Assembly: GCA_963663275.1 (NCBI GenBank)
Contig: OY760183.1
Coordinates: 2,176,001-2,240,000, forward strand
Direction of reading: 5' to 3'
Source of the DNA: Chloroflexota bacterium
Lineage (GTDB): Bacteria > Chloroflexota > UBA11872 > VXOZ01
DNA length: 64,000 bases
Every line of letters starts with the position of its first letter. Within the stretch, counting starts at the first letter, position 1. Under the pieces are notes generated by a model. That model saw nothing but the letters and a program-made list of their open reading frames with translations, was not told where the DNA came from and ran no database searches. The position numbers and the translations under genes were made by a program. Below are positions 10,054 through 19,655 of the stretch, one piece after another.

Positions 10054-10392
10054 TTACGACGAACCCGCCGCCTGTTCCGCCAAGGCCGCCTCCTCTTCCT
10101 GTTCCACCGCCAGCAAGTCCTCCAGGCCTTGGGCGACCTGCCGGAAGCCGGCGCGATTGATCGTGTAATGCACTTGCCGCCCGTCTTTGGCCGCGTCCAC
10201 CAGGCCGGCGCGGCGCAAGATGCTCAGGTGCCACGAGAGCAACGGCTGGCTGATGCGCACGTGCTCCCGCAGTTCCGTCACCGTCATCGTCTCTTCAGCC
10301 GCCAGCACCCGCAGAATCTCCAAGCGGGAACGACTGGCCAACGCCCGCAACTGCCTGCTTAGCTCACGCACCGATCTCTCCTGCAAAGGCAT
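10054..10392 (-). CDS. ArsR/SmtB family transcriptional regulator
   Basis: RALASRSRLEIL...ISQPLLSWHLSILRRAGLV...GRQVHY winged HTH. Confidence 0.9.
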   Translation of the reverse strand: MPLQERSVRELSRQLRALASRSRLEILRVLAAEETMTVTELREHVRISQPLLSWHLSILRRAGLVDAAKDGRQVHYTINRAGFRQVAQGLEDLLAVEQEEEAALAEQAAGSS

Positions 10393-10459
10393 CGCTGCTC
10401 CTAACCAACCTGCCGCCTGACCAACAATATATCAAATATCGTTGAAGTGATTTTTCTTT

Positions 10460-10488
10460 ATATTATCCTGTTCTGTAGCTTAAGTCAA
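10460..10488 (-). promoter_or_regulatory. Putative sigma70 promoter for arsR and possibly the ino1 operon
   Basis: TTGACT-17 nt-TAATAT on the minus strand; imperfect palindrome TATCAAatatcgTTGAAG just downstream could be an ArsR box. Confidence 0.55.
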
Positions 10489-10500
10489 CAGATCCTGGCG

Positions 10501-10530
10501 TTGACGGTGGGCTGCCTGCGTTGATAGACT
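10501..10530 (+). promoter_or_regulatory. Putative sigma70 promoter of the dnd-like operon
   Basis: TTGACG-18 nt-TAGACT with TGn extended -10. Confidence 0.5.
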
Positions 10531-10594
10531 AGGATTGCACAGAATCTGGGATAGTTCAATCAGTCTGTTTGCCCAAGTGAGTAGAAGGTAGTCA

Positions 10595-11788
10595 TTGCGG
10601 AGAGCCATCTATCTGGACTATGCAGCAACTACGCCCGTCGATCCCCATGTAGCAAGAGCTATGATGAGGTTCTTGGGAACTGACGGGACGTTTGGCAATC
10701 CAGCATCACGTACACACCGCTTCGGTTGGCAAGCCGAGAAAGCGGTTGAAAACTCCCGGCAGGAAGTGGCGGAACTGATCAAAGCGGAACCGGATGAAAT
10801 CATTTGGACTTCGGGAGCCACGGAGTCGGACAACCTAGCAATCAAGGGCGTTGCCAATGCCTACGCCGACTGTGGCAAGCACATAGTCACTTCGGCAATT
10901 GAGCACAAGGCCGTGCTGGACTCATGTCGATACTTGGAAGGTCAAGGGTATGAGGTTACGTACATTGAGCCGAGTGCTGAGGGGATTGTTTGCCCTGAGG
11001 AAGTAGAGTCGGCCTTGCGTTCTGATACAATCTTGGTATCTTTGATGCACGTCAACAATGAGATTGGAACCATTACTGATGTCAAGGCCATTGCTGCGAT
11101 CACTCGCGAACGCAACATTCCTTTCCACGTTGACGCTGCACAGAGTGCCGCACGCCTGAAGTTAGATGTGCAGAGTATGCAGGCCGACCTCTTGTCTCTA
11201 AGTGGGCATAAGATGTACGGTCCCAAGGGAATCGGGGCGTTGTATGTTAGGCGAAATCCACGGATACGACTAGAGGCCCAGATGCATGGTGGGGGACACG
11301 AACTTGGCATGCGTTCAGGAACTCTACCCACTCACCAAATTGCAGGAATGGGCGAGGCTGCCCGTCTCATTGAAGAGCGACGTGAGTCTGACGGCGCCAA
11401 GATTGACTTTTTGTCGAAGCGCCTTCTGAGCCGCTTAGAGAAGATTGAGCAGTTATCAATCAATGGAAAGCGTACAAGTTGCGTGTCGGGCATCATAAAT
11501 GTGACCATTCCATCTGTCGAAAGTGAATCGCTAATCATGATGCTTAGAGGCAATATAGCCATATCTACTGGGTCTGCGTGTACTTCGGCAAGCGTGGAGC
11601 CCTCTCACGTCCTGAGAGCGCTTGGAATGGATGTAGAAGCCGCACACAGTTCTCTCCGGCTGAGTTTGGGTAGGTTTACGACTGCTGAAGAGATAGACTA
11701 TGCTACTGAACAGATCAGCGGCGCCGTAGACGAATTGCGCAGCATTTCTCCCAATTGGTTGGAGCATCGCAAGAGGATTGAAGCATGA
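10595..11788 (+). CDS. dndA: Cysteine desulfurase, DndA/IscS type, in the phosphorothioation cassette
   Basis: [28 protein letters not shown] (PLP Lys), STGSAC (catalytic Cys); ATGA overlap with dndC; lower GC than flanks. Confidence 0.88.
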   Translation: MRRAIYLDYAATTPVDPHVARAMMRFLGTDGTFGNPASRTHRFGWQAEKAVENSRQEVAELIKAEPDEIIWTSGATESDNLAIKGVANAYADCGKHIVTSAIEHKAVLDSCRYLEGQGYEVTYIEPSAEGIVCPEEVESALRSDTILVSLMHVNNEIGTITDVKAIAAITRERNIPFHVDAAQSAARLKLDVQSMQADLLSLSGHKMYGPKGIGALYVRRNPRIRLEAQMHGGGHELGMRSGTLPTHQIAGMGEAARLIEERRESDGAKIDFLSKRLLSRLEKIEQLSINGKRTSCVSGIINVTIPSVESESLIMMLRGNIAISTGSACTSASVEPSHVLRALGMDVEAAHSSLRLSLGRFTTAEEIDYATEQISGAVDELRSISPNWLEHRKRIEA

Positions 11789-12951
11789 GTACTTCCTACG
11801 CGGACAGCTGCGGGCAAGCTACCCAAAGTATCGCCGCCCACCTCGCCTCCGTGTCTGAAGTAATGAAGGCTGAGTATCGCAAGAATCACTCCGATCCCTG
11901 GATTGTTGCCTATTCCGGGGGCAAAGATTCGACGTTGCTGATGCAGTTGGTTTGGGAGATGCTCTTGTCGCTTGATCCGGAAGAGCGCCGCCGCATGGTT
12001 TACGTCGTAGCTAACGACACGCTGGTCGAATCTCCCCTTGTCATTGAGCATTTGAAGCAGAGCATTGATGTCATTCGCCAAACGGCGGACGAGATGGGAT
12101 TGCCAATTACCACTCAGATTACCAAGCCCTATGTAGACCAGACATTTTGGGTCAATGTCATAGGACGCGGTTATATTCCACCGACACGCAACTTCCGTTG
12201 GTGTACAGACAGGATGAAAATCCAACCGACGAATCGCTTGATAGAGGAACTCGTCGCCCGACATAGACGCGCAATACTGCTTGTGGGTACGCGCCGCAGC
12301 GAATCTCAGAGCCGCCGCCGCAATATGCAGAAGCATCGCGTGAGAGCCGACAAGATGAATCCGCACAGTTCTATAAAGGGCTGCCGGATGTTCGCGCCGC
12401 TTGCGGACTTGCAGGACGATGATGTGTGGATGATTCTCATGCAGAGAAAGCCGCCGTGGGGCGGCTCGCATCGTAACCTGATAACGCTCTATCGCAATGC
12501 GGGTGGGGGCGAGTGCCCGCTGGTACTAACCAAAGAAGATGCCCCGTCATGCGGCACAACTTCACCACGGTTCGGCTGCTGGACGTGCACCGTCGTCACG
12601 AAGGACCGCAGTATGCGCGGGACGATTGATTCCGGACATGCCCAGCAGGTGAAGTTGGAGGCACTATTCAGTTTTCGTGAGTGGCTAATTGAACTCCGTG
12701 AGGACAACGATAACCGTTTGCCGGTACGCCGTGATGGACGTACCAAGACTCGTGTGGATGGCTCTCGTGTTTTTGGCCCATTTAAGCTTGAAGTACGCAA
12801 GCAAATCCTGATTAGGTTGCGTAAGATGGAGGAGCAAATCGAAGAGCGGCTTGTTTCGCAATCTGAGATCATGGTCATTGAGGACATTTGGTGGCGTGAT
12901 AAGATTCGCGAGCAGGGCCGTCTTTCCTTGCTTGAAAAGTTGAATGTGTAG
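11785..12951 (+). CDS. dndC: DNA phosphorothioation sulfurtransferase DndC (PAPS-reductase/PP-loop family, Fe-S)
   Basis: [62 protein letters not shown]. Confidence 0.92.
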   Translation: MSTSYADSCGQATQSIAAHLASVSEVMKAEYRKNHSDPWIVAYSGGKDSTLLMQLVWEMLLSLDPEERRRMVYVVANDTLVESPLVIEHLKQSIDVIRQTADEMGLPITTQITKPYVDQTFWVNVIGRGYIPPTRNFRWCTDRMKIQPTNRLIEELVARHRRAILLVGTRRSESQSRRRNMQKHRVRADKMNPHSSIKGCRMFAPLADLQDDDVWMILMQRKPPWGGSHRNLITLYRNAGGGECPLVLTKEDAPSCGTTSPRFGCWTCTVVTKDRSMRGTIDSGHAQQVKLEALFSFREWLIELREDNDNRLPVRRDGRTKTRVDGSRVFGPFKLEVRKQILIRLRKMEEQIEERLVSQSEIMVIEDIWWRDKIREQGRLSLLEKLNV

Positions 12952-12956
12952 ATTCT

Positions 12957-14744
12957 ATGGTGCTTAGCTACGATCCGACAACGGTTGTAGAAGCAAGGGC
13001 TTCTACCTTATCCTCACTACTCTATAAAGGTGAGTTCGAGGTTCCGTGGCATCAACGAAACTACGACTGGACGAAAGAGGATGTCGAAGAGTTCTTGCAG
13101 GACTTAGACGAGGCATTTAGAGAGGAAAGGTCATCCTATTTCCTGGGAGCTATCGTATTGGTCAAGAAGCTGGAAGGCAAGTGGGAAATAAACGATGGGC
13201 AGCAACGTATGGTGACCTTCTCGCTGGTTTGCGCTCGGCTCGTTCGTAAATTCGCAGATGGTGTCGATTCCCGGTGCGAAGCACTAGCACTACGCGTAAT
13301 TTTCAATTTGAGTGAGAATCACATACGTGAGCTCTCGGAAGCTGAAGATCTCAGACCACGAATAACCCCACCTCAGCACGACAAGATGAATTTTGATTCG
13401 CTAGTACGTGGGCAGAACATCGGCACAAATGGCAAGCTCAAGACTGCTTGGGACGAGATTGACAGACATTTCACAACCATGAGTGCTGATGAGGCAAAAG
13501 GTTTCTTGGAATTCATACTCACAAGGCTAGAAGTGGCCTGTCTATTTGTTCCAAGTGAAATCGACCCCAGTGCCGTATTTGAAACGCTGAATGCGCGCGG
13601 AAAGCCTTTAGATGACTTAGACCTGATAAGGAATCATCTCTATTCGTTCTTTAGCGGAGACTCCATGAAGACCAAAAGGGAGACTGCACACGAGAACCTG
13701 GAGAGATTTCGTGCCCAGCTTCGGAGGCAAGAGGAGCCGGCAGAGTACCTGCGTTGCTTCTTACAGTGCAGATTTGGTTACTTGAGGAAAGATCGCTTTT
13801 ACCGAGACGTCAAGAGCAGAATAAAGACCGCCTGCGGAGGATTGCTCTCGCCAGATTCACCCGAGTATGTTTTTGGCCTGATAAGCGAGTTTTCCGCACT
13901 AGACAAGGTCGAACTCTTCCGCTCCATTGTCTCACCTAGTGAGGATGCGGACTTAGTCAAGAGTTTCTTGCGATATTCAGGACAAGCTAATTCTCCTAGG
14001 AATCTATTTGCGTTCTTGAAGGAACTCAGGAGCTACAAGATTACAAGACCCATCGTATTCGGGCTACTTTACCACTATGTTCGAGAAGCGGATGGCAGAG
14101 AGAAAAGGCGAGTAGCAAAGCTCGCACACCAACAATTGGACCTGCTATCGTCCTTTGTAATGCGGACAGCCACGATCACGTCAAGATTTGTGCCTTCTCA
14201 ATTCGAGAGTGAGTTCTCGAACCTAGCAAGTACGATCATGCACGCTAATTCTCTTGATAACGTCAATATCGTGAATGCCTTACGCGCAAGAGATGATGCC
14301 GGCGTTTTTGAGGACTCAGTTTTTGTTGAGAGGATGGCACAAGTGCAAATTCGCAACAACACAAAAGCCAGACGAATTTTGCTAGCCCTAGCTTATTTTC
14401 ATCAATTTGACGACCTTGTCATGAATGAAGAGCGGTACACAGTGGAGCACATTTTGCCCGATTCAGACAAGCACCTAATCGGCTGGAAGAGATTCAATGA
14501 GCGAGCACATACGGAGTATGTTTCTCGCCTCGGAAACCTTACCTTGCTCAGCAACGTGGACAATCGCCCTGGAACAGCCGACAACCAAAGTTTCACTAGG
14601 AAAAGAGAGATATTTGAAAGTAGTGCAATTCGACTTTCCCGGGCGATTGCTGGATGCTCAGACTGGTCGCCCGAGGAAATCCAGAAACGGCAGTGTCGAT
14701 TAGCTAAGTTAGCCTCTCAAGTGTGGCGTTTACCTGATGTATAA
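12957..14744 (+). CDS. DUF262 + DUF1524 (HNH) protein, SspE/GmrSD-like nuclease
   Basis: VPWHQRNYDW, YFLGAIV, DGQQR, FETLNARGKPL; C-terminal TVEHILP and LGNLTLL...N. Confidence 0.88.
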   Translation: MVLSYDPTTVVEARASTLSSLLYKGEFEVPWHQRNYDWTKEDVEEFLQDLDEAFREERSSYFLGAIVLVKKLEGKWEINDGQQRMVTFSLVCARLVRKFADGVDSRCEALALRVIFNLSENHIRELSEAEDLRPRITPPQHDKMNFDSLVRGQNIGTNGKLKTAWDEIDRHFTTMSADEAKGFLEFILTRLEVACLFVPSEIDPSAVFETLNARGKPLDDLDLIRNHLYSFFSGDSMKTKRETAHENLERFRAQLRRQEEPAEYLRCFLQCRFGYLRKDRFYRDVKSRIKTACGGLLSPDSPEYVFGLISEFSALDKVELFRSIVSPSEDADLVKSFLRYSGQANSPRNLFAFLKELRSYKITRPIVFGLLYHYVREADGREKRRVAKLAHQQLDLLSSFVMRTATITSRFVPSQFESEFSNLASTIMHANSLDNVNIVNALRARDDAGVFEDSVFVERMAQVQIRNNTKARRILLALAYFHQFDDLVMNEERYTVEHILPDSDKHLIGWKRFNERAHTEYVSRLGNLTLLSNVDNRPGTADNQSFTRKREIFESSAIRLSRAIAGCSDWSPEEIQKRQCRLAKLASQVWRLPDV

Positions 14745-15073
14745 TGGAGAAGCATACAAGATCATTATCGCCGTGGTCATATCCTACCCTTTCACGTGTT
14801 CCAGATGAGATTACCGGTGTCTATGCGTTCTGGTGCAGGGACAACGGAAAGTGTATCTATGTCGGCCAAGCGAAAGAGCGGTCGATTAGGGAGCGCCTAA
14901 GAGACCATTGGCACGGCTCGCACAATGAGATCTTGGGGTTGTGGATAAAAGTTTACGGTGAGACGCTGGACGTGTGCTACCTGTCTGTTGAGAGAGACAG
15001 GATCGACACACTTGAGAGACGCCTAATAAAGGTGTGGAAACCTGAAGCGAACAAGCAGCACAGCCAACGGTAA
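14744..15073 (+). CDS. Stand-alone GIY-YIG nuclease
   Basis: GVYAF...IYVGQA..SIRERL..H...LERRLI...P.AN; TAATG overlap with the upstream gene. Confidence 0.85.
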   Translation: MEKHTRSLSPWSYPTLSRVPDEITGVYAFWCRDNGKCIYVGQAKERSIRERLRDHWHGSHNEILGLWIKVYGETLDVCYLSVERDRIDTLERRLIKVWKPEANKQHSQR

Positions 15074-15084
15074 AGGAAGCAGCG

Positions 15085-16365
15085 ATGCCGACAACTCTAC
15101 CAGCCATGAAAGCCCGGTTGGGCAATACTGACTACTATATCCTTTCAATGAAAGCTCAGGAACTGTCTGACAGAGTCAAGATCCCGCGGGAATTGGAAGG
15201 TTGGGAAGACATGTCGGTCGAGGAGCGCTATCAGCGCGACCTCAACTATAGCCGTGTGAAAAATCAGATTGCCCCATACTTCGCTAACGACGAGTCACGG
15301 TTCTTCGGGGCAGTCATCGTCGCAGCGATGAACTTCGACGACCAAGATCAATTTGAGCCTCTCTCCGACATGCTGACGAGGGGAGTACCCAATTTGTACA
15401 AGACGGCAGCAACTTCGATAGGGTTTCTCACATTTAAGGGAGGAGAGGTCCTAGTTCCTCTTGACGGGCAACACCGCATCAAGGCGATTGAATTTGCGGT
15501 TAGTGGACTTGATGAACGAGGTCGTGAGATTACGAGCATAGAAACGCCTTGCACGGGACTCGCTCAGGAAGATGTCACTGTTATCCTTGTCCCCTACGAG
15601 TCTAGAAGTGCGCGTAGGATTTTCACACGAGTAAATCGTTACGCCAAGCCCACGACAACCGGACAGAACATCGTAACTGATGACGATGACATCATTGCGG
15701 TCATAACCCGTGAAATCTCCAACGACCTAATAGGTGCAAGGCTAGTTAAATTCAGCACCAACACTTTGAATAGAAGTGATCGGCACTTTACGACTCTTGC
15801 GATAATTTACAATTGCAACGCGGCAATTATCGCAGACAATTTCCCAAAGGGGAAAGTTGACAAGACCCGTTTGCCTAGCTCAGAGAATGTAATCCTCTTT
15901 CGCAAGAAGGTGTACGAGGTTTGGGAGCAGTTGCTTGAAAGTGTAGAAGTGTTTAAGGACGCTCTGGCTGATACCGAGAGCGGAAGCGATGAAAAGCGGC
16001 GCAATATTCGAGAGTCCAATTTGCTTGGCAAGCCGGTTGCTCAAGAGTGTCTGGTGCGCGCCTTTGTGCGCCTGGTAAGTCCGCCGACCAACCTCTCAAT
16101 GGATGATGCCTGCGACAACCTAAATCGCTTGCCTTGGGCAATCACAGAGGAGAACCTCCAGGTTTGGGACCGAGTGCTTTGGACCGGCGGTGTGGATGGA
16201 AGGATAATCACTAAGAACCGGAACCTAGCAACCAAGTTGATTTCCTATCTCGCAGGCGAAAAGCTTGGTGATGATGTGATATCAGAGTTGCTTCAAGACT
16301 ACCGAGCGCAATTCCCGGAAAGCGATCGGATTAACAAGCAACTGCCAGATGTGCCCAAAGTTTGA
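15085..16365 (+). CDS. dndB: DGQHR-domain protein, DndB-like
   Basis: YQRDLNYSRV..I..Y, RFFGAVIV, PLDGQHR, IFTRVNRYAKP. Confidence 0.85.
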   Translation: MPTTLPAMKARLGNTDYYILSMKAQELSDRVKIPRELEGWEDMSVEERYQRDLNYSRVKNQIAPYFANDESRFFGAVIVAAMNFDDQDQFEPLSDMLTRGVPNLYKTAATSIGFLTFKGGEVLVPLDGQHRIKAIEFAVSGLDERGREITSIETPCTGLAQEDVTVILVPYESRSARRIFTRVNRYAKPTTTGQNIVTDDDDIIAVITREISNDLIGARLVKFSTNTLNRSDRHFTTLAIIYNCNAAIIADNFPKGKVDKTRLPSSENVILFRKKVYEVWEQLLESVEVFKDALADTESGSDEKRRNIRESNLLGKPVAQECLVRAFVRLVSPPTNLSMDDACDNLNRLPWAITEENLQVWDRVLWTGGVDGRIITKNRNLATKLISYLAGEKLGDDVISELLQDYRAQFPESDRINKQLPDVPKV

Positions 16366-16443
16366 GCCGCAAATAGCTAAAGATCTTTGACACTCAACTC
16401 AGTGTGTCTTCCTGCGCGTGGCACTTGCTAGCATAGTACCAAC

Positions 16444-17574
16444 ATGCGAGTGGCACTGGCGCACGATTACTTCTATGCCCTGGGAGGCGCGGAGCGGACC
16501 GTGGCGGTTATGCGCGGGCTGTGGCCGGCGGCGCCCGTGTACACAGCTTTCGTTGACTATGGGACGTTTCCGCGCCTGCGGGGCAGTGCGCTGGACGTGG
16601 CGGCGTGGGACGTGCGCGCGTCGTTCCTGCAGCGGGTTCCGCACCCGGCCCGCTACCAGAAGTATCTCACGCCGCTCTACCCGCTGGCGTTTCGCGGCAT
16701 CGACGTGGGAGCCTACGACGTGGTCGTTTCCTCGGCCAGTTTCGCGGCGAAGGGCATTCCACGCCATCCGTACACCCTGCACGTGTGCTACTGTTACACG
16801 CCGCCGCGCTTCCTGTGGGGCCTGACGCCGGCCACGGACCGCGGGCGCATGTCCTGGCCGCTGCGCGGGCTCGACGCGCTGTTGCGGCCGCCGCTGCGCC
16901 GGTGGGACCGCTGGGCCGCCGCCCAGCCGCACCATCTCGTGGCCATCTCCCAGACCGTGGCGGCGCGCATCCGCAGAGTCTATGGCAGAGAATCGACCGT
17001 TATCTATCCGCCCGTCGCCACGCGCCGCTTCCAGTCGCAGCCCTGCCGCGATGAGGGGTATTATGTATTCGTGGGGCGGCTGGAGGCGCACAAGCAGGTT
17101 GACGTGGCGATCGCGGCGGCGCAAGCCGCCGGCGTTCCCCTGCGTGTCATCGGCGACGGCCCGCTCCGCGAGAGCCTGGTACGCACAGTGCCTTCCAACG
17201 TGACTATCCTCGGCTGGCTGCCCGAGCAGGAGTTGAGCGCACAACTCGCCGGCTGCCGCGCGCTTCTCTTTCCCGGTGAAGAGGATTTCGGCATCGTCAT
17301 GGTCGAAGCCCTGAGCGCGGGCAAGCCGGTGATCGCTTACGGCGCCGGCGGCGCGACCGAGATCGTGCAGCCGGAGGTGAACGGCGTGCTGGTGCCCGAG
17401 CAGTCGGCAGACGCTTTCGCTCAGGTACTGCGGTCATTCGACCCCAACCGTTTCTCACCGGCGACGTGCCGGGAGACGGCAACGCGCTTCGATGAATCAG
17501 TCTTTGCCGGTCAATTCAAGGCGTTCGTGGAAGAAAAGTGGACGACATTCGTGCAGACAAGACCGACCGGCTAG
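16444..17574 (+). CDS. GT4 glycosyltransferase
   Basis: VALAHDY...GGAER, CYCYTPPR, EEDFGIVMVEALSAGKPV. Confidence 0.9.
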   Translation: MRVALAHDYFYALGGAERTVAVMRGLWPAAPVYTAFVDYGTFPRLRGSALDVAAWDVRASFLQRVPHPARYQKYLTPLYPLAFRGIDVGAYDVVVSSASFAAKGIPRHPYTLHVCYCYTPPRFLWGLTPATDRGRMSWPLRGLDALLRPPLRRWDRWAAAQPHHLVAISQTVAARIRRVYGRESTVIYPPVATRRFQSQPCRDEGYYVFVGRLEAHKQVDVAIAAAQAAGVPLRVIGDGPLRESLVRTVPSNVTILGWLPEQELSAQLAGCRALLFPGEEDFGIVMVEALSAGKPVIAYGAGGATEIVQPEVNGVLVPEQSADAFAQVLRSFDPNRFSPATCRETATRFDESVFAGQFKAFVEEKWTTFVQTRPTG

Positions 17575-18323
17575 CCAACGGCAGCGCCCACGTGCCCGCT
17601 AGCGCGGATGCGCTGGGCGTGCGTGTGGACTGCGTCTCCATGTGCCAGGCGGTTGACCGTTGCGCGCAATTGCTCGACACGGCCGGCCACCACCAGGTGG
17701 TGACGCTCAACCCGGAGTTCGTGATGCACGCCCAGCGCGACGCGCCTTTCCGCGCGCTGGTGCGGGAGGCCGCCCTGGTGGTGCCGGACGGCGCGGGCAT
17801 CGTCTGGGCTTTGCGCCGCCAAGGCGTTGCCACCGTCGAGCGCGTGACGGGCATCGACTTGATGCGGGAGCTTTGCGCCCTTGCCGCGCAACAGAGGATG
17901 CCCGTCTTTCTGCTCGGCGCGGCGCCGGGGGTGGCGGCGCAAGCGGCGGATGCGTTGCGGCGGGAGTTTCCCGGCCTCACGGTCGCGGGCACGGCCGTCG
18001 GCGCGCCGGATCCGGCACAAGCGCCCGCGCTGTGCGCGCAGATCCGCGAATCGGGCGCGGCAGTCCTCTTCGTCGCCTTTGGCTGTCCCGCGCAGGATTC
18101 TTGGATTCAGCGGCACCAGCAAGAGTCCGGCGCGCGCCTGGCCATGGGCGTCGGCGGCAGTTTCGACTACATCTCCGGCAAGGTCGCGCGCGCCCCACTT
18201 TGGCTGCGCCGCGTGAATCTCGAGTGGCTCTTTCGTCTCGCGCGCCAGCCGTGGCGGTGGCGGCGGCAGCGCGTGCTCGTTGTGTACCTGTGGCGCGTGC
18301 TGCGCCAGCAAACGCCGCGTTAA
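17538..18323 (+). CDS. WecB/TagA/CpsF family glycosyltransferase (GT26)
   Basis: VTLNPE, PDGAGIV, ERVTGID, FGCPAQ, GVGGSFD, RAP, LEWLFRL. Confidence 0.9.
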   Translation: MDDIRADKTDRLANGSAHVPASADALGVRVDCVSMCQAVDRCAQLLDTAGHHQVVTLNPEFVMHAQRDAPFRALVREAALVVPDGAGIVWALRRQGVATVERVTGIDLMRELCALAAQQRMPVFLLGAAPGVAAQAADALRREFPGLTVAGTAVGAPDPAQAPALCAQIRESGAAVLFVAFGCPAQDSWIQRHQQESGARLAMGVGGSFDYISGKVARAPLWLRRVNLEWLFRLARQPWRWRRQRVLVVYLWRVLRQQTPR

Positions 18324-18324
18324 A

Positions 18325-18373
18325 CCCCATGAATTGACCCAATGAGTTGACCCAATGAACTCACCCAATGAAC
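18325..18373. repeat. 13-bp tandem repeat, about 3.8 copies
   Basis: ccccatgaattga cccaatgagttga cccaatgaactca cccaatgaac. Confidence 0.85.
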
Positions 18374-18400
18374 GGGGACAATTCTGCCGCACGACTCTCT

Positions 18401-18487
18401 CCCTCTCCCTGGGGAGCACGTCTCGTTCCCTCTTCCTGGGGAGCGCGTCTCGTTACCTCTCCCTGAGGAGAGGGTTAGGGTGAGGGG
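18401..18487. repeat. 27-bp tandem amplification of family A repeat
   Basis: ccctctccctggggagcacgtctcgtt / ccctcttcctggggagcgcgtctcgtt / acctctccctgaggagagggttagggtgagggg. Confidence 0.75.
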
Positions 18488-18606
18488 TAAATCTTCCCAA
18501 CGCTCCCCTCTTTGGAGATACAGTCGGCACGAAAGCCGGTTGCCGCTCAGGATGGGCGCAGGTTGCAAACCTTCCCTACTGAGGAGGTACGAACAAGAGG
18601 CGCATA

Positions 18607-19632
18607 GTGGCTGACACGAATGACAGCACCCGGATGAACGACCCGGCCGCTGACGGCGCGCGGCGCTATGACGTGCTGGTCGTCGGCAGCGTCAACACAG
18701 ACCTAGTGGTTTCCGTGCCGACGCTGCCGCAAGCCGGCGAAACCGTGCTGGGCGGCGACTTGCGGCGCATTGGCGGCGGCAAGGGCGCGAACCAAGCCGT
18801 AGCCGCCGCGCGGCTGAGAGCGCGCACGGTCATGATCGGCCGCGTTGGCGCCGACGCATTCGGCAAGGAACGCGTTAAGGAACTGAAGTCATACGGCGTG
18901 GCGGCCGGCGCAATCGTAGCGGACGACGCTCGGCCGACCGGCGCGGCGCTCATTCTTGTGGACGAAGAGGGCGAGAACGTCATTGCCGTCTCACCCGGCG
19001 CCAATGCGGCGCTCGCGCCGTCTCACGTGACGGACGCTTCTGCGCTCTTCGCGCAGGCGAGCGTGCTGGTTTGCCAACTTGAAGTACCCCTTAGAACCGT
19101 AGAAACCGCCTTGGCGCAGGCCCGTGCGCATGACGTGACAACCATCCTCAACGCCGCTCCCGGCAACCCGGAGGCGGCGCACCTGCTCGCGTCAACCGAT
19201 GTGTTGATCGTAAACCGGATCGAGGCCGCCAGCCTGACGGCGCATCCGGTAGAGTCAATAGCCGCCGCGCGCGCCGCCGCAGCAGCGCTTAGCGAGGAAG
19301 TCCGGCGCGCGGCAATCCTCACGCTGGGCGCGGAGGGCAGCATTGTCGCTGCGCACGGCAGTGTAGCTCACGTGCCGGCGTGGCGTGTAGACCCGGTTGA
19401 CGCTACCGCAGCCGGCGACGCCTTCGTCGGCGCACTGGCAGCGGCGCTCTCCGGTGGGGAGAAGCTAGCGGACGCCGCGCGCTTTGCCACCGCGGCCGCG
19501 GCGATCGCGGTGGGCCGGTTTGGCGCGCAACCCTCGTTGCCTACCCGCGCGGAAGTCGATTCCTCTCTCCAAGACCCTCCTGTTGCCGCGCACGCCACAA
19601 CCTGCCACGATGGGGAAGGCAACGACCCGTGA
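18607..19632 (+). CDS. rbsK: Ribokinase
   Basis: VVGSVNTD, GGKGANQAVAAARL, CQLEVP, NAAP, DATAAGDAFVG. Confidence 0.88.
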   Translation: MADTNDSTRMNDPAADGARRYDVLVVGSVNTDLVVSVPTLPQAGETVLGGDLRRIGGGKGANQAVAAARLRARTVMIGRVGADAFGKERVKELKSYGVAAGAIVADDARPTGAALILVDEEGENVIAVSPGANAALAPSHVTDASALFAQASVLVCQLEVPLRTVETALAQARAHDVTTILNAAPGNPEAAHLLASTDVLIVNRIEAASLTAHPVESIAAARAAAAALSEEVRRAAILTLGAEGSIVAAHGSVAHVPAWRVDPVDATAAGDAFVGALAAALSGGEKLADAARFATAAAAIAVGRFGAQPSLPTRAEVDSSLQDPPVAAHATTCHDGEGNDP

Positions 19633-19655
19633 GCCGCAACACCGGAGGCGCAGCG

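Noticed and set aside
10400-16440. att sites, integrase or target duplication bounding the dnd-like island
   Set aside because: No convincing direct repeat or mobility gene found by eye; only the composition shift supports acquisition.
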